Assembly (NCBI RefSeq): GCF_001194135.2
Contig: NC_068981.1
Location: forward strand, 94,950,586-95,014,585
DNA length: 64,000 bases
DNA from: Octopus bimaculoides
Taxonomy: Eukaryota
Direction of reading: 5' to 3'
The position numbers were made by a program, and so were the translations under genes. This document shows, piece after piece, positions 51,441 through 64,000 of the stretch. The stretch's first letter is position 1. Every line of letters starts with the position of its first letter. The notes under the pieces are model-generated. The model was not told the origin of the DNA, did no database searches, and saw nothing but the letters and a program-made list of their open reading frames with translations.

Positions 51441-51616
51441 AAAATACAGGTGTAATTGGTACAAGATTTTATTCTTTCTCTATATTTCACTCAAACATTT
51501 TCATTGAAAATGAAGTACAAAACTCTTTTACTAGTCAATATACCACTGGCTATGTACTCTTATACAATTTAATGAGTTCATTTACGTAACAGAATGCATC
51601 TAATAAAAAAAACTCA

Positions 51617-53280
51617 TTAATAGGTGAGACAAAGGTGAATACAGGTGTGTAACATACTGAAAATTAATATGTATTTATAATAAAATGAAAAGTAATATAT
51701 GATAAAATAATAGTTATGACATATTTCTGTCATGAAACTGCCCAAAGCACCCTTTACACAAGGGCACTTTGCAAAAGGAACACATATACGAAGTCTCAAT
51801 CTGATACCCTTTTGCAGCTTTTCTTTTTTGCAGTGAAAACAGTCTGCAAACTTTTTTCCTTCCATTTATTCTTCCACTTTATGGAAGTCAATATTTTCTC
51901 TGTTGACATCCACCTCAGTTAATTTTGCTTTTCTCCCAGTTCTGTGCTTTCTGGAAGAAAAGCCCTCATGTAACTGAGATGTGATGTCAACCTGAAATTT
52001 CAAATGGTCGTAGTCCTTTGGTAGCAGAGGTACCTTGTGGCTTTTTACATATACAACATATGAATTAACTATAATTAAATTAACTAAAAACCACAAAATG
52101 TGACACCACCATTTCTTCCCAGGTTGACCAACTGGGTAATAATACCGGATATTGGTCAGATTTATCAACCCCACTCATATATTTGTTATAACAAATATTC
52201 ACTAGGGGTTTTCCCTTAGTAGACAGAAATAAAATCTGTCTTTTGTCTTTGAAAGCTGTAGCTAATAAATTTTCCTTTAGCATTTGAAAAATGACCCCTC
52301 TTTTTAAAAATTTTGTTTTCATTTCATGGGGTAACTTTTACAGTTTGCCTATAACAGTATTGCATGTGAAAGTACTTACATGGGCAAGATTTTTTGCCAA
52401 AGCCACTGAAGAAAAAAAACAGTCAAAATAGAGGTGTCGGTGCTGATGGTGAAATGGTTCAGTAAGGGACTATACTACATCATGTCCCAGTCCATATGGT
52501 CTGCTTCCATTATATTTCTTACTTGTGTAAACATCGAAGTTTACACAATATCCAGTGTCTGATTCACAAACTTCCCATACCTTGATCCCCCCATTTAGTG
52601 GGTTTGGCAGGCATGTACTGCCGAAAATGTACTCTGCCCTTATAGCCTATCATGGCTTCATCTACACTGAGATTTTTCCCAGGTACATACACTGTTTTAT
52701 AACTACTAAGGAGTAAATCAATTACAGGATGTACTTTGTACAGGGGATTGTAGTTTCGGTCATTTTTGCTGGGGCATTAGAAGAATGAATTAAATGTAAA
52801 TACTGAGATATACAGATCACCATACCTTATATCAGGACTCCAGTAGTTCCACAGTCGAGGCAGCTGTTTAACACCAAACATAATATTGATTGTAAAAAAT
52901 GCTCTCATTTCCGCAGTACAAGCTGGCTGCCATAGTGGATTGTTTCTTCCGTGAATAGAAATTATATGTTGTGCATATTTGTTTGTTTCCTCCGTAACAT
53001 TTTCAAAAAACTTTCCAGTAAAAATAAAAATAGATAGCCCAATGGTTGAGCATCAGGAGGTAAAATGTGTTGTGGACCAGAGTTTTCTGTGAAATTAGGA
53101 ATAGTGATTGGTGTTGTAAGCTTTGACCATGTTGCCATGTTTATATCATTTTCATCACTTTCATTTTTATCACTTTTGTTCTCAAAATCTTCCTCATCCA
53201 ACAAATATTCACTAATATCGATATCAGATTTGTCCGAAAACAAAATACTCGTTTTCATTTATATTTTCTATATTATCAGG
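51617..53280 (-). pseudogene. Decayed piggyBac (PGBD4-like) transposase
   Basis: Minus frames give F.ENSGP, LSVDEAMIGYKGRVHFRQYMPAKPTKWG/IKVW, HLYFDCFFSS, YNKYMSGVDKSDQ, KKWW..I..FLV...VNSY and a C-terminal Cys cluster; all three catalytic Asp regions recognisable; frameshifts and stops. Confidence 0.9.
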
Positions 53281-53559
53281 AGTAAAACCTTCAGAGTCAG
53301 AATCGCTACTTACTGACACCATTCCATTAAAAACTAAGGTACAGACTTCTCTTCAAACTTTCAAAAAAACCATTATTTTCAAAATTGATGTTGCTTACAT
53401 TAAGACCAGCTGATTAAATATTTTTCTTTCCTTTGTAAAAATAAATTTCATCCAAGCTGTTCAAAATGTTAACTTGTAATTCAAATGGTTAATTACCAGA
53501 ATATCTCTTTAAAATATCTTCTCAACTTGCTTAATGGGGATCCCAAATAATATTACCAT

Positions 53560-54260
53560 CTACTAAATATAATTCTGGAACTTTGTCACTCCTAAGCTAG
53601 CAGTTCTCTGACCATAAAATGTGTTTCATCCAAGAATACTAAATTGGTGACTGACACCATTCTCCAAAGGTCTACCTGTTTGCATTTTTCACATAATCCA
53701 AAATCTCAAAGTTTGCAAGAGATTTAGATGCTTATATTTCCTGGAGGAATCATCAACTAAGAGGTAATTACCTATCACTGCAAAACATGAGATGACCATC
53801 AGGAAAACAAAAAATGCTTTCATGTACCATATATCCTGCAAACTTTCTCACCTCTCCAATCACAGCCGAGTATTCTGGTCCTTTGTCAAAAGGCTTCTAT
53901 ATCTAAGATGAATCCTTAAATCACCATTGTTAAATCAAGGAGACTTTCTAAGTAGCCCTTGCATATATAAAGCATCCACATTTGACTCCTACTTGGCTTC
54001 CAACTCCACTCAGCACACATAACAAAACCCCTTCTCTGTTCAACCTGTCCCATTACATCAGATATATCCAGTCACCAAGTGTGAAACTTAACTGATTACA
54101 TCAATCCCATTACTCTCCAAGAATATATTTCAAAATTCCCATCAATCTTGTCTTTCTTGCTTTCTGTAAGGAATTATCCATATGAAAATATGCAATAGTG
54201 AGTACTGTTCTCAAAAAGAGGTAGCCTTTCTGACTCTGCACACTAAGAATCTATCACAAG
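53560..54260 (+). mobile_element. Very old CR1/L2-like LINE fragment
   Basis: Faint motifs (SRVFWSL, KASTFDSY.ASNST, VLFSKRG) in broken frames; weak. Confidence 0.3.
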
Positions 54261-55247
54261 ACAAGGGAGCCTCTATGTGGTTGTTTGACATTCTAGAAAT
54301 AGTCAAAGCTCCCTCAAAGTATGCTTTACCATCTTAAAAAAGAATACATTGGATAAATTGCTTTTAGGTGACCTGGACATAAAAAAAAATCTACAGAATA
54401 GTCATAATTGGAATGCTTTTGATCAGAACTTTGCTTGATTACAACTAACCTAGGACAAAACAACATCTCAAAAATAAATGGAAACAATCATAAACAACCA
54501 CTTTCTTTATGTACTTCAGTTTCTAACAATGACTATTTACACAGGCATTATTTTCACAGTTTCAGCAACTCATGTTTGATTTGCATTGTTTTCATTAACA
54601 AAGATCTTGACAACTGACCAATAAAAACAAGACAGCCTGGTCTTTTTCAATAATGCCAATTATTAGATATAACAAAGAAACAGTCTTGCAAACACTTCCT
54701 AACTCATTACATATAAACAACACAAATTAAAACACTAGTCATCATCACTACAATCTCTGATGATCGCTCATCAAATTCATAATTCATGTTGTTGCTAAAA
54801 CTGCATTTCAAAAACAATGCTTCTTCTCCTGAAAATCTAGTACATTCTTCAGTTTTGATCAATTGCTTATTTGCCACAAAGCTCATACATGAGACTGTAT
54901 TACTACAACTCAACTACAACAACAATACAAATTTTCTAGACTCTATAATACAAATTGTAAGATTCACTTATCAATCAACTACAACTCCAGCTTTATATAT
55001 GTTCATCTAAACTAGTGAGCTACATATCCCCTCCACCCAAATGTGTCTCACCCTTCAGGCCCTGCGCTAAACATTTACCCGAATCAATCAACATATTTCC
55101 AACTTTCTAGAATTCTCTCCTTATTCATAATTTTTTTTTTTTTTTAAGTGTTGCCCTTATATAAGTTTAACCTGAATATCAACTAATTTAACCATGTCAA
55201 TGTGGAAAAGCCAGCAATTATGGGCACCTGTTGTTCTCCTAGAAAAT

Positions 55248-55672
55248 AATTTCTAATATAGGTACAAAGTCTGAAATTTTATGGGAAGGAGTAGTTGATT
55301 ACATCTTCCAGTTCTCAGCTGGTACTTATTTTATCGAACCTGAAAGGATGAAATGTAAAGTTGACCTCGGCAGGATTTGAGCTCAAAATGTAAAGTTGGA
55401 AGAAATGCTGCTAAGCATTGAGTCTGGCTTGCTAATGATTCTGCCAGAAACCTTAAATGGTTTAAAATTTTGGCACAAGGCTAGCAATTTTAGGGGGGGG
55501 GAGTTAGTTGATTATGTCACACTCCTCCCCTTCAAACTGTACTTATTTTATTGATCCTGAAAGGAGGAAAGACAAAATCAACCTTTGGAATTTGAATTCA
55601 GAACCTAAGAACCAGAAAAACACCACCAAGTTTTCGTCCAACATGCTAACAATTCTGTTGGCTTGTCACCTT
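55248..55672 (-). mobile_element. Two head-to-tail OK-like SINEs
   Basis: Copies at ~55248-55447 and ~55462-55672; ggtacttattttatcgaacctgaaaggatgaaa..aaagttgacctcggc. Confidence 0.75.
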
Positions 55673-56181
55673 CCTTCTAAATAATAAAAGATAAAAAAGT
55701 AAATGCTTTCAGTGGCACCAGTGACTATATGTTTATGGTACTTTAGTTTGTTAAAAAAAAAAAATTACACAAACTTGCTGTATTTTTGTTTTATGATATT
55801 TTCGATGTTTCTATTAATACAAGCTGTGCAAATTAAAACCAAGTTGCTAAAGTTGTGAGAATATTGCCTGTGTATGGGAACTTAAGGAGAGGTGAAAGGT
55901 GGTATTATGTTGTTCCATTGTTCTGGAACATTATCATTATTATTTTAATGTTCACTTTCCCATGCTTGCATGGATCAGGCAGTTTATCAAGGTAGATTTT
56001 CTCTAGCTGGATACTTTTCTTGTTGTCAACCCTTACCCATTTCTAAGCAAGATATTTCCCCATAGCCTTACATATTTCCACAGAATATTGGAAACAAGTG
56101 ACACTCATTTATGTCTGTCACATGATGTGAAGATGAGGAGATGCAAACATACACATACTCACACATATATATGCATATATA

Positions 56182-57046
56182 CAGGGTGCGGTGAATAGAC
56201 TGTCTAAATTAAGCAAAAATGAAAATAACACTGACATCTCATTTTAACAGATATATTTACCAAAATTACAGAAAAATATCTTGAAATACTAGAGAGTAAA
56301 TTTATTCAATAAAACTACCATTGGCTTTAACCACAGCCTCCAAACGACTTTGGAATCTCCTGCAGCTCTTCTGGATGGTCTTCTTGTTTAAGTTTGTGAA
56401 TCCTGCCATAATTCTTGCCTTCAGTTCATCTTTAGTGTTACAAAGAGTTTGTTGGTCTTTTGCTCAACTGCACCCCACACATAATAATCAAGGGGATTGC
56501 AGCCTGGGGTGTTAGGTGGTCAGATGTTAGTGATGATGTAGTTACATAAATTGTCTGACAGCCATGACTGGGTTCTCCTGCTTGTATGGCATGGTGCAGA
56601 GTCCTGTTGCCAGACATAGGGTCTTCCAGCAGCCGCCCTCTTCACTCAGGGCAGCACTACCTCCTCCAGGCACTTGATGTAGCCTCCATGTTGAATGTGA
56701 GGTTGTGTGGGAAGATGGAGGCATAACGTTGCCATTACTAGTGATCACTTCAAACACCATGATGTCGACTGGATGTTTGATTTTTATCACTTTCGGTACA
56801 TGTCCTCAGATTGACACCCAAACACTCTGAAATGTTTGTATTGGAGCTTTCAGCGTTAATACCAAGAATTACAGCATGTTGTTTCTAAATGTCTGGCAGA
56901 GTGAATTGCATCATGGTGCTGTTTTTTCTCACAGGTGGTGCCCAACTAACCCTACTATATTGCGTAGTTGACAAAATCAAAAACAAGCAATGTGTATGCA
57001 TGAAATTAAAAATATAAAATGGTGATAATTTACCCATCGCAACCAG
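56182..57046 (-). mobile_element. Second DD37D (maT) deletion derivative
   Basis: Colinear with 37155-38036, same TIR start TA|cagggtgcggtgaata and same internal deletion near gtacatgtcctca. Confidence 0.9.
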
Positions 57047-57085
57047 TATATATACATATATATATACACATATATATATGTGTAT

Positions 57086-57120
<35 letters not shown>

Positions 57121-60100
57121 CCCACACACATATAAAATAGGCTCCTTTTAGTTTCTATTTCCTAAATCCACCTACAAGGCTATAATAGAAGACACTTGCC
57201 CAAGGTGCCAAAAAATTACCTTTTCATATTGTCAGTTTACAGTATATGATTACGATTATTCTCTGGATTTTTCCAGCAGTATTTCTTTTTCTATTATTAG
57301 ATGCATTGAAGATAATTTCTTGTGTAACATGCAGAAGTGGTGCAGTCTTGTTCTAGATTTTCTGCTTAGCTTTTAATACAAATATTTAGAAATAAAGAAT
57401 ATTGTCAATGTAATGAGAGTCTCTCAAAATAGAAAAATCAACTTGAAAGTGATAATGGAAGCGTATGGGAAATAAGTTATATCTTAATGTACCATATTGC
57501 TTTAAATCTGTAAGTAACTTGTTATTTATAACAAGTGTCACATACAATTTCTCATAATACAGTTTATTAATTCACAAAACAGAGACAAAATACATAAAAT
57601 TACCAAGTTTCAGTGATTTTCCCATTGTTCTAGAGCAACAGCTCTAGAATATTACAAATAATATTGACAGGTATACTGTGATAATGTTACTATGTAAGGT
57701 TAAATATTGACAAAAAGTTTTATCTCGGCTAACCAATATTTACTACAAAGTGTTTGCATGATTTAAAATATAAATCCATTTTATAAACAACATTCAAGAT
57801 AATTAGTCAAGAGTATTATTTTCATATCAATAAAATAGAGTAAAATGATATTTATCAAAATAGTTTGGATTCTATATATTTTTTAGCTAGCTGTCATATT
57901 GAAATGTATCAGCTGTGTACCAATGTGGTTAGCTGGCAAGCAAATGCAAAGAAGAGAAAAAGTTATATTTACTGAATATCAATTATTATATTTAGTCTAG
58001 TGTTTATTCAAATACTGCAATTTACAGGTGTGAAAATGACGACAGCTTGGCATATAGTCAGACCATCATAAATAAGCCACAAAAGATGATCATTTCAAAA
58101 GAAAGGGAAGCAAAGGTAGATTTCTTTCAATAGTAGATCAGAGATAGTTAAACATTTCTACTGGTGGAAAGAAAACTTCAGATAATAATAGAAACAGCAG
58201 ATGCTAGAGAGAGTGGATTCTACATAAATATAGGCATTTTCTTTAAAGAAATAGATGTAACATAAGAGAATAGACTAAACAGAGAAGGGCTACAAATAGA
58301 GGACAAGAAATTTGAGGTCTGTGTTTTAGAAGATAGAAAGCAGATTTAAGATTGGGCCAAAGTCCATGGATGTTAGTGTAGAGATGTAAAAATAGTTCAG
58401 CTGATTGTTGTTCTTTTTATTAAAATTTTCCACTTTTTTTTTAGGTAAATAGGGGAGCAATGAAAAACTATGCTCCGTAAGGTGCTGTTATATTGATCAA
58501 AAATGACCTATTCCAGTATATTTTAATGAGTTTAAAAGGATAGACTAGTAAAATGAACTTGATATGAGTTGAAATAAAAACTGTGAAGTCCTTTATGTGT
58601 CATTTTTTTTTACAACTACTTCTATACAATCAACCATTACCTTTTATATTTTCAAAATTGAAAATATAAAAATTCCTACATTTATCTGTACAAATTATTA
58701 ACATCTGAACAAGAGCCAGTTTCTAATTTTCAACTAAGTAGATTAAGGCAGCAATGTCATATGACACCTAACATTCAACAGGGAAGCCAATAGCTGCTAT
58801 ATGTTTACTGATTAGGGAAGTAAAATAAGTGATATTTAATTTAAGATACATTAATCGTAAACTAAAACTACTAGCACAGATAAAATCAGGTTGCAAGTAC
58901 ATCTGTATACTTATGAAATTTACTTCACAATCACATGGATTTGGGCTTGTTCCCCATTCTATGGTACGTCAGATATTTGACTTCTACTATAGCCAAGGAC
59001 TAAGCAATGCCTAGTGAAATGAATTAGTAGATGGAAACTGAGAAAAGCTTATCATATGTATCTAAATCTAACTATATATCTATGTGTGTGTGTGTGTGTG
59101 TATCCAAGCATATGTGTGCCTGTTGTTCCTATGTGTCCTTATTCACACTGCTCAAATAGAATTGGTGTCATTATCTACAGTCTCTGGTAAGAAATAATCA
59201 ATAGTTTTAGTTTGTTCATTACTTTCAATGTGTGAGGACCAGTGAAATGAAAATATCTTACTTAGAAAGCAGGCAATGGTTGGTGACAAGAAAAGAAAAT
59301 CCTTAAAAAAAATCTGCACTAGCAAGTTTCAATTAAGCCATGCCTGCATGGAAACGGACATTAAAAGAATGTGATCATGATAATGGTGATAAAACATTGT
59401 TAATAATTATCTGGTATTGTTCTTCTCATGGATTGATCTTGGGAACTATCCTCAGTGTAATGAACCCTTCCCTGACCATATTTGAAAGAACTTTGTAAAA
59501 TAACATTTTCTTTACAGAGTTGATACGTAGAACATATCAAAAACCTCTTACATAAAATTATGAAGGAAGGGTTAAATTTGGACAGTCAATGTAAGACAAG
59601 TTAATTATAACTAGCTACTTGGTCACAAACCAGCATCCAACCTAACAAATACATACACTATGTTGACATTTTCATAACTCTCTACCAGGTTTCTTTACTC
59701 TATGATTATATGCCTGCTTCCTATAATACTAAACTCAATCTAGCAATACCTTAATTTCTAAGGCTCTGACATTCATAAATCATCCATGTCTTTTTATTAA
59801 AATTTAAGAGAAAAAAATATACTCTTTGATATTTCATATATGAATTTTCACTACATTATTGTAAAACAGCATCAGAAACTATATAAGGAACCGCCTTGTC
59901 TTTTAATAATAATAATAATAAAAAAAAAACATGAAGAGGAGACGTTGCCAATGAAATAAAGGTCACTCAAACTAGAAGGATAAATTTGAAACTGATGATA
60001 GAAAGGTGTGGGAGAAGGGTACAGTTAGTGCAGAATTGGAAGAGATTTGAGTATTTGGTAGGAATACTTTACAGGGAAGAAACTTTCGCATGGTGACAGT

Positions 60101-60944
60101 CCTAAAAATGAAGAAATTGATTTAACATATGGTATAACACTTAGAGAGAGAGAAACAATACTGGTGTCAATAAAATGATAAATGAGCTTATTGAGTAACT
60201 TAAGGTGCTAGTTGAGTTCAACTTGGAAGTTCATTATAATAATGATAATAGGCACAGCATAAAACTATGCCAGTGTGTGATGATTTTTAGCCAAGAACTT
60301 AATGGTGGAAAGTTTCCTTTTGACTATAGTGTAGAATGCCAGTGACCAAAATATCAAAATATTCAGGCCTTATAGAGAATTGTAGTAAAGGTCTGCAGTA
60401 TCTTTTGATACCAAAGATTAAGTGGTAAAATTCAAGATGTCTAATGAAAATCTATTAAGTTATATGGTCATAAGCAGAGGGTGTGTGATGTGATACTTCT
60501 TTCTTGAAAATATACCAATTGTGTTTTGGTAGTGTGAGCAGTCCCAGGTCAGCCCTGATTGAAATTCAAGCCATAACATTCTTATCTATCAGGGGATCAA
60601 TGTATCCTTCCATAGTTAATAGGGTATGATTTGAAAGAGAATTGGTTGCTATGTTTGACAAGTTAAGCAACTGTATAGAGACTCTCCAATGTTGGTGTGA
60701 AAAAAAAAAAAAAAAAGAACGTACTATAAAAACATCAGAGAATAATGTTAAGGTCCTCAACAACCAAAGAAGTTAATGTTTAGAGAGAACTATTGACATT
60801 AGAAGCACACAGAATGTGCCATCATGTCTGTTTTCTAACATGATAGGAATTGGGAAGTCAGCTTTGTAGCTTTCTTACTTGGAATACAAAATTATTTGAT
60901 GAAAAAGCAAAAAAAAAAAAAAGCATAATAGGTAACAAATATTG

Positions 60945-61150
60945 GTTTTAAATTTTGGCACAAGTCTAGCAATTTCAGGGTGGGGTGGGGTGTAAGTCAA
61001 TTATAATGATCCCAGTGCTCAGCTGGTACTTATTTTATCGACCCCGAAAGGATGAAAGACAAAGTCAGCCTTGGAAAAATTTGAACTGTAAAGATGGATG
61101 AAACACTACTAAGTATTTTGCCAAGCATGCTAATAATTCTGCCAGCTCAC
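60945..61150 (-). mobile_element. OK-like SINE
   Basis: ggtacttattttatcgaccccgaaaggatgaaagacaaagtc matches the family. Confidence 0.75.
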
Positions 61151-61699
61151 TGCCAGCTCACTTTACCGAACATGAAAAAGAAAACTTACAAATAAATTTG
61201 TGCCTTATTTCCAAACACATAATCAATTGAAATAGTATGACTGATTGTATCCAATTTCAATTATAGCATTAACTTTCAGAGTTTCAGTAAAAATTATTTC
61301 ACTAATTTAATTGGTCAATTTCTCTAAAAGGCAATAAATGAAAAGGGAGGGGATGATTTTAGCATATATTGAGGATAAATTACAACTGTCATCATAACTA
61401 AAGATTAGAACATTATTTTAGTTTTAATCCCAACTTCATGAATATTTCACGATTTTTGTTTTTTAAAATTCAGCTCAGTGTAAGAAAAAAGAAATCAAAT
61501 GAGTAGAACTGATATCCCCCAAAATCTTTTAATATTCTATAGGGCATAAAAAAAAAGAAAGAAAGAAAGTTAATTAAAACAATGACTGATTTAAAGTGAA
61601 ATTATTTAAGGTATTGGAACCAATCAGCAGCATAAAATTATCCCTTAAAAGAGATAACTTTAGAAAAAAAGTTCAGAATACAAGAGAACAAGAGCAACA

Positions 61700-63300
61700 T
61701 TTTATTTCCGGACAATAAAACATACACTGAGATGGAGAAAATGATTGAGATGAAAATATATCGCGAAGTTTAGAAATAATAATGAAAACTTGTATATTTT
61801 GGGGGAGTGAGGGGGATGAGGAACATGGAAAAAGTCAGCATATGGTCAACACGGAAATTTTTTTTCACAGACTGGAAGAAGTAAAAAGTATTTGTGAAAA
61901 CTTCAGCATTTTTGATTGTGTCAGCAGAAATTATTCAAGTTAGAGAATGCCTAATATTCCCTCGACACAAGTTCTAAAAGCTTTATAAAATGTATGGAAT
62001 TCGAAATTATAAAGATATTATCATCATATTTTTATATATATGTTTAAAAAAATGTCTGAAACCTGAATTTAAAATAATATCGTTGAATCAGTATCTCCAT
62101 TCAAACAAAATATTTACAAATATAAATGGAAAAAAAATCTTCATAGTATCTTGCAAATCGTGTTTATAATAATAATACGTTGGCATTACTGAATACTGAA
62201 ACTATAAACAACTGTAGACTTTTAGCGTGTGTGTATGTGTGTGAGTGTGTGTATTATACACATTTTCTTTCTGTTGTTAATCGGGTTCTATTTTATTCTA
62301 TCGCTTCAAACAAACATTTCAGTGTTTATCTGTCAAATATTCATTTACAAATATTCCGATGTACATATCAAGATACGGTGTGTTGTTTGTGAAACCTCGG
62401 ACCCCACCCACCAAAAAAAAAACTCTAGATATATTAACGGGGAAATTTAAGGAGAAAAAAATTGTTTACTCATTACCTATCGATTATATAATTTATCTTA
62501 GTCTCTAACAATTAAAATCAAACATAATAGGATGCTGGAATAAAATACATATAGAAACATGTTTATGGTTGGTTTCAGGAAAACATTTGTTAAAAAGCAA
62601 ATAATCCAGACAACAGAGGTAGCAACATAAGTGAAAAGATAAAAAAAATAATAAAAGGGATAAATCAATTACAAACGCTCACCATAACAGGCACACCTGA
62701 CCACCAACAACAACTAAAGCTGTCATTCTTCGATTCTGTTCAGCTTTGTCAAGTGTAATGCTTCCACGTCAACAAAAATTAACGGAAACAGATGGGAAGC
62801 ATTTCAATGTATGGATGACCAAACTAGTTACAAAATTAAGTTTTTATTCGTGCTGAAATGATACTGTTTAATATAGCTTAAATTTATTTTGGATACACTT
62901 CCCGGTCTCTCTCTTTCTTTTTATACTGGAAAATTATTATTTTTTTTATATTGCTCGAGATATTTCAGTGAATTCACCATTTTCTTCTATTCCACTGAAT
63001 TTTTAAAACGTTTATTACTTCAGTCATCAGGTTCCTTTTCTTTGAATTTCAAGCCTTGCATTTATATTATCAAATATTTTTATTACTTGTTTAACCAGAA
63101 TCAGTCCCGTTCCAACAGACATATAATCGAAGGCGTTCCAGCCATAACCATCATGTCCTTTATCTAGGACTGTGCTATCACATAACGTCTTTTTTATCTT
63201 ATTTTTATTTTATTTATTTATTTATTTTAGTGTAGGAAACATTTGGATCTGATTTGAGGGTGATTTGGCTCAATGGGAGCTGACGTCTGTAGAGAACTGA
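61700..63300. promoter_or_regulatory. CpG-retaining region with a strong minus-strand donor at 62683: candidate promoter/first exon
   Basis: Roughly 25-30 CpG by eye in 1.6 kb of AT-rich DNA versus sparse CpG in 46-51 kb; GTTATG|gtgagc at 62683/62682. Confidence 0.35.
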
Positions 63301-64000
63301 GATGTCGCTGTGGTAGGCCCCTTCATCCCACAGGTCTTTGCGGTCTGTCTTGCGCCTAAATGTTGGTCGTTTCGCTCGTTGCACCGGCTCGGATTAATAA
63401 CCCTCAGTTCTGGAGGCGGCGGGATTATCTCGCAGTGATAGAAAGAGGCCAGTTGGGCTTACCCTCTGTTTCTGGGGTAGGTGCCTCATTTGCGACATCA
63501 CAGTCTGTGACTCTTTGGTCCCTCCCTAATCTTGGATGCTGCAGTAAACCGCTAAGTTCTTGTTATCGTTGGCAGCTTGCCTCACAGAGATGTTAGGTGA
63601 TGTCCCTGAGGGTGCTTGGCTTTTTCAACAGTTTAGCCGTGGTAATGCTGCGAGCGTGCTGGCTTGCTTCAGTAGGTTCCGTTGGATCTACTGGTGTACT
63701 TGTGATGTACGACCAATTGAAGCACTTAGTATTACATTGATGTTTTTAAAAAATTTTCTCTTCTGCATTCCTTTTTTCCTCTCTCCCCTTCTCTTTTTTC
63801 TCCTCTTTTTTCTTTTCTTTGTCTTTCTTTTGTAAGAATATATGGAAGAATCATGACTATTGTTTAGGATTTGTATTTTAATGTGGTTTTGTATTACGTA
63901 TTATATATATATAATAAAAGTTTATCAATAAACAAAACAAACAAAAATTAGTTGATCAAATTTTCAAATAGGATCTCCTTTGGATTACGCAAAACCACAA

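Noticed and set aside
54707-54913. 68-aa minus ORF with an internal acceptor (GEEALFLKC...)
   Set aside because: No motif and no phase-compatible partner exon identified.
58028-58115. Plus-strand exon-like segment CENDDSLAYSQTIINKPQK...
   Set aside because: Isolated, weak donor (gtagat) and no recognisable product.
1-64000. CRISPR arrays, rRNA genes, prokaryote-type operons
   Set aside because: None seen; the sequence is eukaryotic and its tandem repeats are microsatellites or TE subrepeats without unique spacers.

Overview
AT-rich, microsatellite- and retroposon-dense eukaryotic scaffold with nine N-gaps. The SINE/LINE content is typical of Octopus (inferred from repeat families, not from a search). 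The one protein-coding gene I can support is a complete minus-strand SWEET sugar transporter (SLC50A1/SWEET1-like). It has six coding exons (31852-31785, 31209-31132, 23759-23636, 18467-18306, 15879-15760, 13340-13242), all GT-AG, giving a 651-nt CDS and 216 aa; the ORF track largely misses it. A probable 5'UTR exon ends at 32021 and would create a junction-spanning uORF whose stop overlaps the SWEET start (UGAUG). The rest is transposon debris: RTE LINE 3' ends with (GAT)n tails, three tRNA-derived SINE families, an R4/Dong-like LINE, a Penelope-like element, mariner, two DD37D/maT deletion derivatives, a decayed piggyBac, Helitron/Helentron-like pieces and a long-TIR foldback. The most unusual spot is 14.8-19.3 kb, where three separate inverted-repeat structures surround SWEET exons 4-5. 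One is a Penelope element with an inverted pseudo-LTR carrying a minimal hammerhead-ribozyme motif in the SWEET-sense strand. Another is a 308-bp direct-plus-inverted repeat with a decayed hammerhead-like motif. I found no convincing wholly new multi-gene system.
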